From the NCBI RefSeq assembly GCF_009914755.1, contig NC_060925.1: a stretch of 64,000 nt of DNA. One strand, given 5' to 3'. The notes below the pieces were generated by a model, which was not told the DNA's origin, did not search any database, and worked only from the letters and a program-made list of their open reading frames with translations. Numbering within the stretch: the first letter of the stretch is position 1; each line of letters begins with the position of its first letter. This document shows positions 14,399 through 25,630 of the stretch, piece by piece. The translations under genes were made by a program, and so were the position numbers. Origin of the DNA: the human T2T-CHM13v2.0 reference genome, Homo sapiens.

Positions 14399-14911
14399 GT
14401 ACGGGGTTGGGCCCAGCTGGGTTATAAGCGTGATCCCCATGCCCCCTGCCCAGGGCTGGGGGGCATTTGCACATCTGCAAAGGCCTCCCAGCCTGTCCCA
14501 GCCCTGCCCCAGCCTGGGACCCCCACATTCTACTCACCGTGTCTCCTCAGAGGGGCCAGAACCCTCCACTGGGGAGAGGCAAGTGGCGGTGAACTTGGTG
14601 TCCATAGGACCCTGTCCCTGAGAGCGACAGCTGAGTTAGTGAGCTCCACTGGCCCCACCAACTCCTTCTGATCACCTGGCCAGCTGAGGTCAGAGTGGGA
14701 GAGGCAGTGGTTCCATTGAAGGAGTACTCCTAACTGTCAGAAGCCTGGGCGGTCAGGATGGGGTGCTGTCGCTTGGGCTGCGGGGGGCGTTCAGTTGCCC
14801 ACAGTGTATCTTAGGGTCTCACCAACCATCCAAGCATGGTAGGCTGTGGCTGGCACCCAGGGTTGTGTGGCTGGGGAGGTGGTCTCCACAGTTCCCTCCC
14901 TGCCCTCCCAG

Positions 14912-15024
14912 GGCCCCCATCCATGCAGGTAACCATCGAGGATGTGCAGGCACAGACAGGCGGAACGGCCCAATTCGAGGCTATCATTGAGGGCGACCCA
15001 CAGCCCTCGGTGACCTGGTACAAG
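14912..15024 (+). CDS. OBSCN: OBSCN exon, first half of the Ig domain before kinase 1
   Basis: cccag|GGCCCCC...TACAAG|gtaggc; PPSMQVTIED...VTWYK. Confidence 0.95.
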
Positions 15025-15237
15025 GTAGGCGCGCAGGTCCAAGTGGGTGAGATTCTGGGATGGCCCCAGGAGCTGGGGGGCCCACGGGAGGTGGGTGCAG
15101 TCCACACCGTGCACTTCCCCCACATCCCCCCTAGACTGGACACACAGCAGGTGTCGGAAGCACTGCTCAGTGAAGGGTGGGGTGACGGGGTCCCCCAGAG
15201 TGGGCTGATAGCAGCCCTGCCGGTCCTGTGCCTCCAG

Positions 15238-15406
15238 GACAGCGTCCAGCTGGTGGACAGCACCCGGCTTAGCCAGCAGCAAGAAGGCACCACATACTCC
15301 CTGGTGCTGAGGCATGTGGCCTCGAAGGATGCCGGCGTTTACACCTGCCTGGCCCAAAACACTGGTGGCCAGGTGCTCTGCAAGGCAGAGCTGCTGGTGC
15401 TTGGGG
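15238..15406 (+). CDS. OBSCN: OBSCN exon, second half of the Ig domain (DAGVYTC)
   Basis: ctccag|GACAGC...GGGG|gtgagt. Confidence 0.95.
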
Positions 15407-15645
15407 GTGAGTTGGTCTACCCCTCCTGGGCCCCAGGCTCTGCAGCCGGGCTGGCTGGGTACAGGTCTTGGCTCCATGGGGCAACCTCTCTTCCCATGGT
15501 GGTACCTGGGTGGGTGTGGTACCTGGGTGAGTGTGGTTCCATAGTCTTGGGTCCATGGAGCAGCTCCCGTCAACACCACAGCATTGGGTTCCATGGGGAT
15601 CAGGGTGGTCACCTTTGCCCATACCAGCCGCTTCCCACTCCTTAG

Positions 15646-15727
15646 GGGACAATGAGCCGGACTCAGAGAAGCAAAGCCACCGGAGGAAGCTGCACTCCTT
15701 CTATGAGGTCAAGGAGGAGATTGGAAG
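15646..15727 (+). CDS. OBSCN: OBSCN exon, start of kinase 1 (..FYEVKEEIGR); in-frame alternative acceptor at 15628
   Basis: cttag|GGGAC...GGAAG|gtagca. Confidence 0.93.
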
Positions 15728-15812
15728 GTAGCACCCAGCCCCCTTTCCCCTGGACTGCCGGATGGCTCCTTTCCCCAGGCCACCTGGGCTTCCCTCACTC
15801 CCTCCTTCCTAG

Positions 15813-16013
15813 GGGCGTGTTTGGCTTCGTAAAAAGAGTGCAGCACAAAGGAAACAAGATCTTGTGCGCTGCCAAGTTCATCCCCCTACGGAGCAGAACT
15901 CGGGCCCAGGCATACAGGGAGCGAGACATCCTGGCCGCGCTGAGCCACCCGCTGGTCACGGGGCTGCTGGACCAGTTTGAGACCCGCAAGACCCTCATCC
16001 TCATCCTGGAGCT
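15813..16013 (+). CDS. OBSCN: OBSCN kinase 1 exon (GVFGFVKR...CAAKF...LILEL)
   Basis: cctag|GGGCGTG...GAGCT|gtatcct; Gly-rich loop and catalytic Lys (AAK). Confidence 0.95.
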
Positions 16014-16723
16014 GTATCCTGCCCTCAGCCCCTGAGACGGCTTGAGGAGGGGCAGGCAGGGCCAGGCCGGGGCTCAGAGGAGCCATGTGCACGGTGTCCC
16101 CTGCCTGGCTGGGTGGTGGCGACAGCCACCCAGCCAGGAATTTGGGTGGGGAGGCTTCTGTTCCACGGAGCAGTAACTGGAGTCCCCAGGGGCTACTGGT
16201 GGCTAGCTGGCCCTGATGACCTGATGCCCTCAGCAGGGATGGCGGGGGTCCTCTCCCACTCTGTAGATGGCCTCTTAGAGAGAAAGGAGCTGCCTGGCCC
16301 GGCTACTCTGGGGCTCACCCCGCCACCCACATGGCCTTGTCTTGGGGGGTCTCCTCTGGTGCTCTTGACAGGGCGTCAGCTGGACACATGGCCCCCTGCC
16401 CAAAGTCGGTGTCCTCTTTGCAGGGAGAGGGTGCTGGATGGGCTCTGTACAGAGGGGACAGGATGCCCCCTCCCACCGTGCCACTGCAGTGAGTGGCCTT
16501 GGTCCCCAGGGTCAGCCTGCAGCCCCTCCCTCTCCTCAGGGCTGGGTGCCATCTGGGGTTCAGAGGGGTCCCCGCTCCACCCTCCTCAACCCTGAGCATC
16601 ATCCCCTGCTGCCTCCAGAGATCAGATGTACCCATAGACCTGGCTGCCTCACTGTGAGTGTGGGTTTCTGGGGACAGGCAGGTTTCAGCCTCCCAAGCCT
16701 GCTTTTCCTTGATGGGATCCCAG
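16014..16723 (+). other. OBSCN: U12-type (minor spliceosome) GT-AG intron
   Basis: 5' site GTATCCT; branch TTCCTTGAT at 16705-16713 with the A 11 nt from the 3' end; no polypyrimidine tract. Confidence 0.85.
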
Positions 16724-16784
16724 GTGCTCATCCGAGGAGCTGCTGGACCGCCTGTACAGGAAGGGCGTGGTGACGGAGGCCGAG
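16724..16784 (+). CDS. OBSCN: OBSCN kinase 1 exon (CSSEELLDRLYRKGVVTEAE)
   Basis: cccag|GTGCTC...GCCGAG|gtgact. Confidence 0.93.
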
Positions 16785-17176
16785 GTGACTGGGCTGCCGC
16801 CCGCCACTGCCCCAGCCATGCACCCTGCCCCAGCCCCCGCTCAGACATCCGGTCCCTGCAGATACAGTCCCAGCCACAGCCTTCTCTAGCTCAGGGGCCT
16901 CTGGGGCTCCCCAGGGCGTGTTGACCCCTCGTTGGGCTCTACACAGCCTGCCACCCCGCCTCACCTGGCCAGCTGACCAGCCCTGCCTGCCCCTCCCCCA
17001 CTGAGGTTCACAAGTCCATTGTATCCTCCCCACCTTTGAGGGATCTCCTGGCTTAGGGGCACACGGGGCCCAGGAGCGCTTTGCATATCAGCTGCCGAAG
17101 CCAGGAGGAGGCTGGGCTTAAAGTGGAGAGGGAGGCTGGGGCTGGGCTCCCGCCTGAATAGCGGCCCTTGCCGCAG

Positions 17177-17254
17177 GTCAAGGTCTACATCCAGCAGCTG
17201 GTGGAGGGGCTGCACTACCTGCACAGCCATGGCGTTCTCCACCTGGACATAAAG
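17177..17254 (+). CDS. OBSCN: OBSCN kinase 1 exon (VKVYIQQ...HLDIK)
   Basis: ccgcag|GTCAAG...ATAAAG|gttcgc; catalytic loop. Confidence 0.95.
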
Positions 17255-17559
17255 GTTCGCATGTCCTCACCCCTGCACCCCAGAGCCTGGGGCCTGCAGG
17301 CCAGGTGGGGCAGGCCCACCACTCCCAGTCTGAGAGGACTTGCTTGCCTCCAGGGACAGGGAGCTCACCACCTCTAGGCAGCCCTTTCAGGTGGGGCGTG
17401 GCTCTGGTGGAGCAGAGGCTGTCCCCAAATGGCTGCACCGGGTGCTCCCCACTGTCCCACCCTGCCCCCGGGCCTCTGGGTGTCCCCACCAGGCCTATCA
17501 GCCCCAGGAGTCACCCCCTTAGGGCACGGCTCTCACCCATTCCCAACTCTCCCCAACAG

Positions 17560-17732
17560 CCCTCTAACATCCTGATGGTGCATCCTGCCCGGGAAGACAT
17601 TAAAATCTGCGACTTTGGCTTTGCCCAGAACATCACCCCAGCAGAGCTGCAGTTCAGCCAGTACGGCTCCCCTGAGTTCGTCTCCCCCGAGATCATCCAG
17701 CAGAACCCTGTGAGCGAAGCCTCCGACATTTG
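17560..17732 (+). CDS. OBSCN: OBSCN kinase 1 exon (PSNIL...DFG...SPE...DIW)
   Basis: caacag|CCCTCT...ATTTG|gtgagt. Confidence 0.95.
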
Positions 17733-17973
17733 GTGAGTGGGTGGCTGGGCCAACGGGTCTGGGTCTGCAACTTCTCCGGGAAGCCAGTTCCCACAGATGG
17801 CTGGGCCCTCTCCTCTGCCCCGGGGAGGCAGCAGGCAGCCTACTGGTCAGCCAAGGGGTCCTCCCTGAACCTGTCTCCTCCTGCAGCCCTGGGCTCCCCA
17901 CTTCCCTGTGTGTGTGCCTCTTACCTGACAGCCAGGCCTGGGGTGACACACAGTGTGCGCTTTTGTCTTGCAG

Positions 17974-18000
17974 GGCCATGGGTGTCATCTCCTACCTCAG
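17974..18000 (+). CDS. OBSCN: OBSCN kinase 1 27-nt exon (AMGVISYLS)
   Basis: ttgcag|GGCCATG...CTCAG|gtgagc. Confidence 0.92.
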
Positions 18001-18317
18001 GTGAGCAGAGCCCTGCCCCATCAGCTGCCTCCTCCAAAGCTGACATGAGACCCCTCCCTTGTAGGCCCACCGAGGGCATGTGCACTGCTGGCTGCTCCCC
18101 ATATCAGAAACCTGAGACCCAAGGGGCTACTATCTTGGGAACAGGCGGTCAGCCAACCCTGATAAGAGGTTCCTGCCCGGAGTGTCTCACAAACACCCTG
18201 TCATCAGAGGGCTGTGCTGGGTCACGAGGCAGCCAAACCACTGCCCTGCAGGACTGGGGGTTGTCCAGCAGCCGCTCATAACAGCCACTGCTGCCCTGAG
18301 GATGATGGTGGTATGGT

Positions 18318-18665
18318 ATAGACTGAGCCTGGACCTCCTCAGCAGGCTGATCCTTAATTCCTAACTCAGGCTGATCTTGATCCCTGCCCCAGACTAAGCC
18401 TGGATCCCGATTTCAGACTAAGGCTGGTGCCACCCAGGCTGATTCTAGATGCCTGCCCCAGCCTGAGCCTGGATCCCCATCTTAGACTAAGGCTGGAGCC
18501 TACCCAGGCTGACCCTACATCCCTGCCCCAGCCTGAGTCTGGATCCCTACCTCAGACTAAGGCTAGTGCCCACTTAAGCTGACCCTAGATCCCGTCTGCT
18601 ACTTGAGCCCAGATACTCACCCCAGGCTCAGTCTGGGTCCCTGTTCCAAGCTGAGCCTGGATCTC
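18318..18665. repeat. Diverged tandem repeat (cccagactaagcctggatccc-like units)
   Basis: Repeated agactaaggctg, gagcctggatccc and caggctgaccctaga blocks. Confidence 0.75.
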
Positions 18666-18779
18666 ACTGGGGAAATGAGAGAAACTTGCTGGGATACTCA
18701 GAGCTAGATGGGAGTGGGACTAAGAGCCCATCTGCGGTCAGGGCCTCATCTGAGGGCTGGACCCTCCCTCTGTCTTCAG

Positions 18780-18932
18780 CCTGACCTGCTCATCCCCATT
18801 TGCCGGCGAGAGTGACCGTGCCACCCTCCTGAACGTCCTGGAGGGGCGCGTGTCATGGAGCAGCCCCATGGCTGCCCACCTCAGCGAAGACGCCAAAGAC
18901 TTCATCAAGGCTACGCTGCAGAGAGCCCCTCA
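18780..18932 (+). CDS. OBSCN: OBSCN kinase 1 exon (LTCSSPFAGE...LQRAPQ)
   Basis: cttcag|CCTGACC...CCTCA|gtgagt. Confidence 0.93.
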
Positions 18933-19030
18933 GTGAGTGCACCCCCAGGCTTCTCCTGCCCGGGGCCAGTCAGCCCTGCCCCGGGGGCAGCTGACCACCT
19001 GGCCCCTCCTGAGCCTTCCTCTCCCTGTAG

Positions 19031-19076
19031 GGCCCGGCCTAGTGCGGCCCAGTGCCTCTCCCACCCCTGGTTCCTG
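19031..19076 (+). CDS. OBSCN: OBSCN kinase 1 final exon (ARPSAAQCLSHPWFL)
   Basis: ctgtag|GGCCCGG...TTCCTG|gtgagt. Confidence 0.93.
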
Positions 19077-19516
19077 GTGAGTATCAGGGTCAGCCCCACA
19101 CTATGCAGGGGGAGCCTGAGGCCAACAGGGGCAGGGCCTCTGGGCAACAGGGCATGTGAGCACAGAACTGTGGCTGTGGCCCGACCTCTGCCCAGCCCAG
19201 AGGACGTTTGTCCCTGTGCGTTAGTGAGAGGGCTGTGGGAACCTCAGGCTGGAACCACATTTCAGTGCCCCAGCCCCCAACCCCCAGCAGGAGGCAGGGA
19301 GAACTGCAAGGAGCTCAGGGACAGGGGGTCGCTGTCACCTCTGACCTCTGGCCTTTGCCATCTGCCCCACCTGGACATCTTGGGTGAGGGCTGTGGTGTC
19401 CTGGATCCAGGGAATCCCAGGGCTGGGGCTGCCCAGAAGGGCTTCCATCATGGGAGGGGCCCCTATCAGGGCACCATGGTCTCCCTGCCATGTGGCTGCC
19501 CACCTCGGTCTCCCAG

Positions 19517-19594
19517 AAATCCATGCCTGCGGAGGAGGCCCACTTCATCAACACCAAGCAGCTCAAGTTCCTCCTGGCCCGAAGTCGCTGGCAG
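19517..19594 (+). CDS. OBSCN: OBSCN exon, MLCK-like autoregulatory/calmodulin-binding segment (KQLKFLLARSRWQ)
   Basis: cccag|AAATCC...TGGCAG|gtgagc. Confidence 0.92.
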
Positions 19595-19860
19595 GTGAGC
19601 CGTGACCATCTGAGTAGGGACCAGTGAAGGGGAAACTGAGGCCCCACGGGGCCAGCTGCGCACCCAGAAGTGCAGGGAAGCGGGGCTGGGCTCCTTTGAG
19701 CATGCTGAAAGGAGGCAGGAGTCATCTGCTGGGCACAGCGGGGTTGGGTGCACACAATCCCATGGGGCAGGAGGGTGGAATGACTGCACCCTGGGGGCAG
19801 AGGACCCCAGAGCTCCTGGGTCTCCCCACCTGATGCCTGCTGCCCCCCATGCGGTTCCAG

Positions 19861-21919
19861 CGTTCCCTGATGAGCTACAAGTCCATCCTGGTGATGCGCT
19901 CCATCCCTGAGCTGCTGCGGGGCCCACCCGACAGCCCCTCCCTCGGCGTAGCCCGGCACCTCTGCAGGGACACTGGTGGCTCCTCCAGTTCCTCCTCCTC
20001 CTCTGACAACGAGCTCGCCCCATTTGCCTGGGCTAAGTCACTGCCACCCTCCCCGGTGACACACTCACCACTGCTGCACCCCCGGGGCTTCCTGCGGCCC
20101 TCGGCCAGCCTGCCTGAGGAAGCCGAGGCCAGTGAGCGCTCCACCGAGGCCCCAGCTCCGCCTGCATCTCCCGAGGGTGCCGGGCCACCGGCCGCCCAGG
20201 GCTGCGTGCCCCGGCACAGCGTCATCCGCAGCCTGTTCTACCACCAGGCGGGTGAGAGCCCTGAGCACGGGGCCCTGGCCCCGGGGAGCAGGCGGCACCC
20301 GGCCCGGCGGCGGCACCTGCTGAAGGGCGGGTACATTGCGGGGGCGCTGCCAGGCCTGCGCGAGCCACTGATGGAGCACCGCGTGCTGGAGGAGGAGGCC
20401 GCCAGGGAGGAGCAGGCCACCCTCCTGGCCAAAGCCCCCTCATTCGAGACTGCCCTCCGGCTGCCTGCCTCTGGCACCCACTTGGCCCCTGGCCACAGCC
20501 ACTCCCTGGAACATGACTCTCCGAGCACCCCCCGCCCCTCCTCGGAGGCCTGCGGTGAGGCACAGCGACTGCCTTCAGCCCCCTCCGGGGGGGCCCCTAT
20601 CAGGGACATGGGGCACCCTCAGGGCTCCAAGCAGCTTCCATCCACTGGTGGCCACCCAGGCACTGCTCAGCCAGAGAGGCCATCCCCGGACAGCCCTTGG
20701 GGGCAGCCAGCCCCTTTCTGCCACCCCAAGCAGGGTTCTGCCCCCCAGGAGGGCTGCAGCCCCCACCCAGCAGTTGCCCCATGCCCTCCTGGCTCCTTCC
20801 CTCCAGGATCTTGCAAAGAGGCCCCCTTAGTACCCTCAAGCCCCTTCTTGGGACAGCCCCAGGCACCCCCTGCCCCTGCCAAAGCAAGCCCCCCATTGGA
20901 CTCTAAGATGGGGCCTGGAGACATCTCTCTTCCTGGGAGGCCAAAACCCGGCCCCTGCAGTTCCCCAGGGTCAGCCTCCCAGGCGAGCTCTTCCCAAGTG
21001 AGCTCCCTCAGGGTGGGCTCCTCCCAGGTGGGCACAGAGCCTGGCCCCTCCCTGGATGCGGAGGGCTGGACCCAGGAGGCTGAGGATCTGTCCGACTCCA
21101 CACCCACCTTGCAGCGGCCTCAGGAACAGGTGACCATGCGCAAGTTCTCCCTGGGTGGTCGCGGGGGCTACGCAGGCGTGGCTGGCTATGGCACCTTTGC
21201 CTTTGGTGGAGATGCAGGGGGCATGCTGGGGCAGGGGCCCATGTGGGCCAGGATAGCCTGGGCTGTGTCCCAGTCGGAGGAGGAGGAGCAGGAGGAGGCC
21301 AGGGCTGAGTCCCAGTCGGAGGAGCAGCAGGAGGCCAGGGCTGAGAGCCCACTGCCCCAGGTCAGTGCAAGGCCTGTGCCTGAGGTCGGCAGGGCTCCCA
21401 CCAGGAGCTCTCCAGAGCCCACCCCATGGGAGGACATCGGGCAGGTCTCCCTGGTGCAGATCCGGGACCTGTCAGGTGATGCGGAGGCGGCCGACACAAT
21501 ATCCCTGGACATTTCCGAGGTGGACCCCGCCTACCTCAACCTCTCAGACCTGTACGATATCAAGTACCTCCCATTCGAGTTTATGATCTTCAGGAAAGTC
21601 CCCAAGTCCGCTCAGCCAGAGCCGCCCTCCCCCATGGCTGAGGAGGAGCTGGCCGAGTTCCCGGAGCCCACGTGGCCCTGGCCAGGTGAACTGGGCCCCC
21701 ACGCAGGCCTGGAGATCACAGAGGAGTCAGAGGATGTGGACGCGCTGCTGGCAGAGGCTGCCGTGGGCAGGAAGCGCAAGTGGTCCTCGCCGTCACGCAG
21801 CCTCTTCCACTTCCCTGGGAGGCACCTGCCGCTGGACGAGCCTGCAGAGCTGGGGCTGCGTGAGAGAGTGAAGGCCTCCGTGGAGCACATCTCCCGGATC
21901 CTGAAGGGCAGGCCGGAAG
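19861..21919 (+). CDS. OBSCN: OBSCN large inter-kinase exon (2059 nt, Pro/Ser/Glu-rich)
   Basis: ttccag|CGTTCC...GAAG|gtgaac; ORF 19849..21999. Confidence 0.95.
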
Positions 21920-22219
21920 GTGAACCCCCACCCCACCCCAAGCATCCTGCATGTCCAGGGGCCCCCATTCTGTACCTAAGGTTACTGCACTCCAGGTGAC
22001 GGCAGGAGGCTCCCAGGGGCCCCCCGCTGGTGTCCAGGTGCTGCCCACACCTCCTGTCCCTGCCTCAGGCCTCTGAATCTTGGGATCACCTCTACAGCCC
22101 TGACAACCCTCCCCACAGGGCAGCTGAGACCCAGCCCTGGGACCTAACATAGCGGTGGAGGTCTGGGGAGGCTGTAGGTGGTATGCCCCTGGGGAAAGCA
22201 TTTGAAGGGGCCAGAGTCT

Positions 22220-22565
22220 TCCTGAACCATAATCCTCCCTGAACCGAGTCCTCCCGAACGGCCCCAGGCCCTCCCTGACCCCAGACACCCCAACGCTGCA
22301 CTCTCCCAACCCCAGATCCTGCCTGACTGCAGACCTTCCTAACCCCAGATCCTCCTGAGTCCTCCTTGACCCCATAGTCCTCTCTGACCCCAGACCCTAC
22401 CTTACCCCAGACCCTCCCCAACTCCATACCCTACCTGACCCCAGACCCTCCTGACCTCAGGCCCTCCCTGACCCCAAAACCCTTCCAGACCCCCAAACCG
22501 TTCACAACCCCATAGTTCTCCCCAACCACATAGTCCTCCCTGGCCCTGGACCCTCCTGACCCCGT
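22220..22565. repeat. C-rich diverged minisatellite (ctgaccccagaccctcc-like)
   Basis: Many tgacccca and gaccctcc units. Confidence 0.75.
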
Positions 22566-22769
22566 GCCTGGAGGTGGGGAGGGTGCCTGGTCTTCATGTT
22601 TCCTCTGTCCTCTGTGGCCTGGAAGTCTGGGGAGTGGGCAGCGGGCCAGCCGACCCCAATTTCTTCCTGTCCCAGCTGCTCGGGGTCCTTGCAGCCAGAG
22701 GCAGCTGGTACTACCCAGAGGGGCCAGGCCTCCTGACCATGACCTTCACTGGCCCTCTTCCTCCTGCAG

Positions 22770-22850
22770 GTCTGGAGAAGGAGGGGCCCCCCAGGAAGAA
22801 GCCAGGCCTTGCTTCCTTCCGGCTCTCAGGTCTGAAGAGCTGGGACCGAG
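22770..22850 (+). CDS. OBSCN: OBSCN exon (LEKEGPPRKK...WDR)
   Basis: ctgcag|GTCTG...CGAG|gtgagc. Confidence 0.92.
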
Positions 22851-23151
22851 GTGAGCAGGCCCAACACAGAGACCAGGCCCCACTGCCTCTCAGGGTCCCA
22901 CCAGCGTGGCCAGACCGGTGGGGAGCAAGCTTGCACTCACATGGGTGCGGGAACAGATGAGGGGTCCTGGTGGGTGTAGTGAACTGAGCAGTCTTGGAGG
23001 ACTTCCTGGAGGAGGTGATGGTGGTACAGATGGGCCAGGCTGGGGAGTTGGCAGTGGTGGGGCAGGGCTCCTCCTGGTGTCTCCAGGGTCCAGGCCATGC
23101 TCTGGGGCCTGGAGGTCACCCCTGAAGGCTGACCTCACCCTCCCTCCTCAG

Positions 23152-23262
23152 CGCCGACATTCCTAAGGGAGCTCTCAGATGAGACTGTGGTCCTGGGCCA
23201 GTCAGTGACACTGGCCTGCCAGGTGTCAGCCCAGCCAGCTGCCCAGGCCACCTGGAGCAAAG
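23152..23262 (+). CDS. OBSCN: OBSCN exon, Ig domain first half (PTFLRELSD...TWSK)
   Basis: cctcag|CGCCG...AAAG|gtaaga. Confidence 0.93.
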
Positions 23263-23422
23263 GTAAGAAGCTGTCCCAGGGGCTGGGGGCTGTGTGAAAT
23301 CGGGTGAGTGGCCATCCTGTGAGCTGGCCCCACGGGATGCCTCGCTGTCTGGAGGAAAACTGAGGCCCAGGGAGAGGTGTGAGGCCTGGCTGTGGCATGA
23401 GGCTTGCTCTGTCCTTTTGCAG

Positions 23423-23590
23423 ACGGAGCCCCCCTGGAGAGCAGCAGCCGTGTCCTCATCTCTGCCACCCTCAAGAACTTCCAGCTTCTGACCATCCTGG
23501 TGGTGGTGGCTGAGGACCTGGGTGTGTACACCTGCAGCGTGAGCAATGCGCTGGGGACAGTGACCACCACGGGCGTCCTCCGGAAGGCAG
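23423..23590 (+). CDS. OBSCN: OBSCN exon, Ig domain second half (DLGVYTC)
   Basis: ttgcag|ACGGA...GCAG|gtacgt. Confidence 0.94.
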
Positions 23591-24539
23591 GTACGTGGGC
23601 CACACTGGGGGTCCCACCAGGCCAGGGAGGCTGGGCTGGGGCTGCTGGGAAGCCTCATCCTGCGTGGAATGCTTCCGGGCCCGTGCATTGGCCGCTGAGG
23701 CATCCGCTCCCTGACCCTGAGCAGCCCACATCCCTATGGGGCCAGGCACCACACATGGCCAGGGCTGCAGGAGGCCTGAGAAGGTCAACACAGAGTTCTG
23801 ACCGCCCAGGCTGCCTTGGGCTGGCAGGAGGCCCTGAGCTGGTCCCAGCAGAAACAACCAGCCTTGGGAAGGATGGCCGGACGCAGCTGCTGACGTTACA
23901 GGGCTTGGAAGGAAGCCTGTTCATCCACGCTCCCTGCCAGGGAGAAAGCCCATCCCATTGGCCACTTGCCGGGAGAACTGAGTTTCTCGGGCGCATGACC
24001 CATTGCACCATCTTCCCACGTTCCTTCCATGCCCATCCCTCCAGCCTATGCAGGAGTGGGCTGCTTCCCGTTCCATGCCTCAATCAAAGTCGAGTTACAA
24101 GCACAACACAGTTCCCTGGGGCGTGTTTCTGAGGTGGTCAGGATGGGGGCTACAGGCCTAGCTCTGGGACCCCTGGCCCAATGCACAGAGTGGGCCGGCC
24201 TGCTTGAACCTGTGCAGGGCAACCCAGTGAAGCCCAGCAGCCCCACCAAGGGCCCTTCTGACCAGAGGCTCGGCCCCTGCACAGGGTTCTGGTCACACCC
24301 AGGTGGATGGGCCAGCCCAGGAGTGGGATCTGGCAGGGCAGACACCTCCCCAGCCCCTCGCCAGGAGAGGCCCCTCCTACCATTCCTCACTGTGACTGGA
24401 CCCTGAATGAACAGGACCAGGGAGGGTGGGCTCCAGAGCCCTGGTGGCTGCCAGGGTGAGGCAGGCGCCAGCCAGATATTGGCCCCTGGAGGCTGGGTGC
24501 CCACCCTGGAGTCACTGACCATTGGGCAGTGCCTTGCAG

Positions 24540-24662
24540 AGCGCCCCTCATCTTCGCCATGCCCGGATATCGGGGAGGTGTACGCGGATGGGGTGCTGCT
24601 GGTCTGGAAGCCCGTGGAATCCTACGGCCCTGTGACCTACATTGTGCAGTGCAGCCTAGAAG
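24540..24662 (+). CDS. OBSCN: OBSCN exon, FnIII first half
   Basis: ttgcag|AGCGC...GAAG|gtatga; LVWKP...YIVQ. Confidence 0.93.
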
Positions 24663-24845
24663 GTATGAGGTGGCCCCTGTACCCGAGGCTCCGGCCACCC
24701 CTCCCGGGAGCCATGTCTAGGGGCCCTTGGGGAGATGCCTGGCCTGCTGTGTTCCCATGGGTGGCCTCAGGGAAGGGTTTCTCCACCCCCACTGACGTGG
24801 TGTGTGGAGGCCTCAGTGGCCCCTCACGTGCTCCTGTGTGGCCAG

Positions 24846-25016
24846 GCGGCAGCTGGACCACACTGGCCTCCGACATCTTTGACTGCTGCTACCTGACCAG
24901 CAAGCTCTCCCGGGGTGGCACCTACACCTTCCGCACGGCATGTGTCAGCAAGGCAGGAATGGGTCCCTACAGCAGCCCCTCGGAGCAAGTCCTCCTGGGA
25001 GGGCCCAGCCACCTGG
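24846..25016 (+). CDS. OBSCN: OBSCN exon, FnIII second half (YTFRTACVSKAGMGPYS)
   Basis: gccag|GCGGC...CTGG|gtgagc. Confidence 0.93.
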
Positions 25017-25630
25017 GTGAGCCACACCACACTCGGGGCTTGGAGGGTGGGAACAGCAGCTAGAAGACCCAGATTACGCTCCCTCCTGTGCAGGGTCTCC
25101 ATAGCTGTCCACTTCCTTCTGGGGAGACAGCTGCTCCTGGGCTTGGCATTCGAGGCCTACACACTTTAGGGGCCGCCTCACCCCCAGGCCCCCCCTTCAC
25201 TCACCTACACTCCCATGCACTCATTGACGAGCACACAAGTCCATTCTGCTTCATTCTGAGTGTTGGTAGTGAGAGTTGGTAGTGACTGGCCTGTGCTGCC
25301 TCTAGCTTTGGTGGAGGAATGCTAGGGTTGATTAGTAATGTCTGCCCTGGGCTCAAGGGAGGAAGAGAGGGCATGATTGCTATGGGTGGTCCATTCTCAA
25401 ATGCCCCTGCAGCCCTCACACACACCCTCACTCAGGTTGCCTCTCACTGCTTGCTGTACCCCCTCCCTGTCCCCATACCCCCAGAACCTGAGGAACAAGA
25501 GGTGGGAGTGCGTAACTCAAAGTCCCAGCTGTCAAGGTGCCTGGGAAGGGGTGATGGGAGACGTGGGGAGAGCTGGGGCTGTGGGGATGCCCTCTTCACC
25601 CCCTCTTATCATCTGCCCCTCCTCCCACAG

